In this document: one piece after another, positions 63,656 through 64,000 of the stretch
Layout: the number at the start of each line of letters is the position of its first letter
How positions within the stretch are numbered: position 1 is the first letter of the stretch
Assembly: GCF_036971445.1 (NCBI RefSeq)
Contig: NC_091477.1
Location: 107,508,001-107,572,000, forward strand
Direction of reading: 5' to 3'
Length of the DNA: 64,000 nucleotides
Source: Narcine bancroftii
Taxonomy: Eukaryota
The notes under the pieces: model-generated
The model's input: only the letters and a program-made list of their open reading frames with translations
Told to the model about the DNA's origin: nothing
Database searches by the model: none
Program-made: the position numbers and the translations under genes

Positions 63656-64000
63656 GTGGTTTGTCAAATGCCAAAAATGACCAGGAGATGCAGAAGATTC
63701 ATCAAGAAGTTTTGAACTTTTATTTGCAAACAAAAGATGTGGCAATCAAAGAACTAGTCACTGACTGCCCACACAACACAGAACATAGCCTTTTTTTTAT
63801 ATATTATATTCCTGACTTAATCACATTTCTGCATCCAATCATTCATAACCACATATCTTAGCAGAATGCTATCCCTTGGCTCGACACAATTATTCAATTC
63901 TTTCATTATTTTCAACCCATTAATCTAATCATGTTTTGAACCATGTGTGCCATTATATCCTGTCACCTGCTACCTTATCCTTGGCTCTTTCACTGTGGCA

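Overview
AT-rich, repeat-dense vertebrate genomic DNA. The repeat set (tRNA-derived V-SINE/HE1-like SINEs, CR1, L2/Rex-like, RTE, Penelope, Gypsy) suggests a cartilaginous fish, probably a ray; that is inference. It is not prokaryotic and has no CRISPR array or rRNA/tRNA gene. Three spliced protein-coding genes can be reconstructed by hand, all on the minus strand with GT-AG junctions and matching phases: (1) a 79-aa CaMKII inhibitor most like CAMK2N2 (2 coding exons, 8406-7077); (2) a 351-aa MUL1-family mitochondrial RING E3 ligase of the fish mul1a/mul2 type (4 coding exons, 37917-29848) with a ZNF143/NRF1 CpG-rich promoter near 41.0-41.2 kb; (3) a 164-aa zf-3CxxC receptor-transporting-protein (RTP) family gene with no transmembrane anchor (54788-50436), apparently driven from an ISRE/GAS/CRE cluster near 60.1-60.3 kb. 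Notable mobile and repeat structures: a young RTE LINE with a twin-priming-type 5' inversion and 14-bp TSD, a truncated Gypsy element, several solo LTRs with TSDs, an ERV env remnant inside the RTP intron, hAT/Tigger/Chapaev-like DNA elements, and a 32 x 33-bp minisatellite with a higher-order duplication beside the MUL promoter. I found no unequivocal new biological system. The best leads are the anchorless, apparently interferon-wired RTP next to a MUL1 paralog, and the twin-primed RTE.
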